IMG/VR virus record: IMGVR_UViG_3300012940_000038
Location: 1-46,584 of that record
Length of the DNA: 46,584 bases
Source: a virus
Taxonomy: Duplodnaviria; Caudoviricetes
Strand: one strand, 5' to 3'
The position numbers and the translations under genes are program-made. Position 1 is the stretch's first letter. Every line of letters starts with the position of its first letter. Shown here in pieces: positions 44,988 to 46,584 of this stretch. The notes beneath the pieces are model-generated. The model was given only the letters and a program-made list of their open reading frames with translations. It had not been told where the DNA came from and did no database searches.

Positions 44988-45200
44988 TGGTAATTTTATT
45001 GTGTTCGCGTTACGATGTTTTGGGTTTGTTCTGTTTCACCTTAGCAAGCCCACAGGTGCGTTTTGGCCCCGTCCGGCTATAGGGGTAGCCAGCGGCCGCG
45101 CCAGCCGCATGGGCGAGCTCGGCTAGGCGATTGCGGGGCATGCCAGGGCCGGGGGTAGGGTCGCCTAGGGAGGGGTCGTGAATTCAGGTCCGCAAATGCA

Positions 45201-45229
45201 AATGGCCCGGCTTGTGAGGCCGGGCCATT
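45201..45229 (-). terminator. terminator-like hairpin
   Basis: AATGGCCCGGC/GCCGGGCCATT stem just downstream of the ORF at 45249-45428. Confidence 0.6.
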
Positions 45230-45248
45230 CAGAGGGCAGGTCGTGAAT

Positions 45249-45428
45249 TCAGTCCGCTGAAGTCAGAACGAACTCGAAGCGGGCTATCTCATTATTCTTG
45301 CGCCCTGTGTGATTATCACGCATCATGCCTTTGATATACTCTGCCGCCTGTTCGTGTGTCCACGGGCCTTGTGAGAATTTGTCTTTATGCCCGCCTTTCC
45401 AGAGTATTGTGGCGGTTATGTTCCACAT
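45249..45428 (-). CDS. hypothetical protein (59 aa, MWNITATILWKGGHKD...)
   Basis: Not in the track. Open frame directly after 45434-45712. Confidence 0.5.
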   Translation of the reverse strand: MWNITATILWKGGHKDKFSQGPWTHEQAAEYIKGMMRDNHTGRKNNEIARFEFVLTSAD

Positions 45429-45433
45429 CAGTC

Positions 45434-45712
45434 TCAGGTCCCCTTGATGAAGCTCATCAGATCGGGCTTGTCCGGGGTGGCCTTGGCCTTGGCATCGCCC
45501 ACCGCGATGGAGAGCTTGCCGAAGTTGTACCCGAACTTGATCTCTTTCCCCTCGCCAGGGTTAGGCAGGCCAGAGCGAGCGATCTGCTCGAAGGCGTCCT
45601 TGCAGGCCTTTGCCATGCGATAGGCCTCCTTGTACTTCGCATACGCGGCTTGCGCATCGGGCAGCAGCATTTCAGGGTTGATTTCCAGCCACTTCAATTC
45701 AGTCTTAGCCAT
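45434..45712 (-). CDS. hypothetical protein
   Basis: AAGGGAG RBS and IKFGYNFGKLSIAV. Confidence 0.7.
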   Translation of the reverse strand: MAKTELKWLEINPEMLLPDAQAAYAKYKEAYRMAKACKDAFEQIARSGLPNPGEGKEIKFGYNFGKLSIAVGDAKAKATPDKPDLMSFIKGT

Positions 45713-45794
45713 ATCAGTCTCCCTTGGGTTGGGCCTTGGCCCGTCGGCTTGATTGCCGATCTAACCTATCACAGCGGATAGGCTAGGGCTGCAA

Positions 45795-45980
45795 TCACAG
45801 CAAGCAATCCGCAGTACCCGGAACAATCCACAGACATTCACTGCCGCTAAGCATGTAATCCAATTCATTCAGTTCCCGCACATCATCAGCCGCGATTAGA
45901 TACGCCGCATCATGGTTGCCTGCGGCAGGATTGCCGTATTGTTCGGGCCTTGCGGGGCAGCTCATGTAAACGACAAACAT
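45795..45980 (-). CDS. hypothetical protein
   Basis: GGAGG RBS before ATG at 45980. Confidence 0.5.
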   Translation of the reverse strand: MFVVYMSCPARPEQYGNPAAGNHDAAYLIAADDVRELNELDYMLSGSECLWIVPGTADCLL

Positions 45981-46106
45981 TAAGACCTCCATTTGTTGAT
46001 GCCACCTATCAGCACCTACATTGTGGCAAGATTAAGGCATTTGTGACCTAATCCCGCATACCAGCCATGCATCGCAGTCATAGCCCGCATTTCGCTTCAC
46101 TCCGGG

Positions 46107-46370
46107 CCTGAATATCCCCTCAATCTCCCCTCAATCCGTCCTCAATTACCCCTGATAGCCTCATCCAGCCAACCTGCCTTCCGTGTCCCTCTATGCCTCT
46201 GTCCTTCTGAAATATATATAGAGAGAGGAGAGAGACAGACAGACAGAGACAGACAGACAGGGACAGGGAGGGAGAGACACCCAGGGAGGGACGGACGGAC
46301 GAGAGTTTGGGAATAAGGCTATCAGGGTTGTTTGAGGGGACATTGAGGGGTAATTGAGGGGAGCTTCAGG
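46107..46370. repeat. inverted arrays of 11-bp-period repeats around an AT core (putative replication origin)
   Basis: CCCCTCAAT-like units at 46116, 46127, 46138 and 46149, with inverted copies at about 46320, 46331, 46342 and 46353. AATATATATA core and GACA microsatellite between the arms. Confidence 0.75.
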
Positions 46371-46380
46371 CAGCTGCAAT

Positions 46381-46416
46381 AGAAAAGGGCAGGCAAGCCC
46401 TCGCCTGCCTGCCCTT
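46381..46416 (-). terminator. Rho-independent terminator
   Basis: AAGGGCAGGCA/TGCCTGCCCTT stem followed by TTCT on the - strand. Confidence 0.65.
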
Positions 46417-46426
46417 CGCCTGTTTG

Positions 46427-46555
46427 CTACCAAGTGATGTGCAGAATGTTCGCCACGTTGACGACGATGGCCAGGAACAGCCCGCCACAGACGACCATGC
46501 CGATGCTGATCCACTCGATGGCCTTGGCTACCTTATCGCTTCCATACCGATCCAT
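46427..46555 (-). CDS. small single-pass membrane protein (42 aa)
   Basis: Not in the track. GGAGG RBS and a hydrophobic helix (WISIGMVVCGGLFLAIVVNVANIL). Confidence 0.55.
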   Translation of the reverse strand: MDRYGSDKVAKAIEWISIGMVVCGGLFLAIVVNVANILHITW

Positions 46556-46584
46556 TGTTCCCTCCTACGGATGACCAGCCAATC

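Noticed and set aside
46191-46514. 107 aa minus-strand ORF
   Set aside because: It runs through a terminator and the repeat element with low-complexity translation. The 42 aa ORF at 46427-46555 has a proper RBS.
1-46584. Terminal direct repeats, integrase/att site or repressor
   Set aside because: The two ends do not match by eye and no recombinase or CI-like gene was recognised, so completeness and lifestyle remain unproven.

Overview
The window looks like a near-complete 46.6 kb genome of a tailed dsDNA podovirus with a BPP-1/epsilon15-type virion module. The host is probably a Gram-negative proteobacterium (inference). The + strand (about 0.2-26.8 kb) is a late arm: GIY-YIG nuclease, terminase, portal, scaffold, major capsid, cement, an unusual accessory block, tail tubular A and B, internal virion proteins and lysis genes. 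The - strand (26.8-46.6 kb) is a replication/early arm: DUF3987-type ATPase, split family A DNA polymerase, SSB-like protein, Sak4-like ATPase, HNH, Cas4-like nuclease, UvrD-like helicase and many small ORFs. I found no integrase, repressor, RNA polymerase, primase, tRNA or CRISPR array. The most striking feature sits inside the virion operon. A Sec-signal-bearing, Ser/Thr-rich protein ending in Ser is translationally coupled to an O-antigen-ligase/O-oligosaccharyltransferase-like membrane protein, which is the pilA-tfpO arrangement. The only tailspike-like protein also carries a signal peptide and paired cysteines. Together these suggest export, and possibly glycosylation, of phage structural-type proteins. 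Other highlights are a UDG-exonuclease/polymerase pair split inside the proofreading domain, a highly structured 300 nt intergenic RNA candidate, a consensus sigma54 promoter and a palindromic iteron-like origin candidate. All calls come from reading motifs by eye; no database searches were run.
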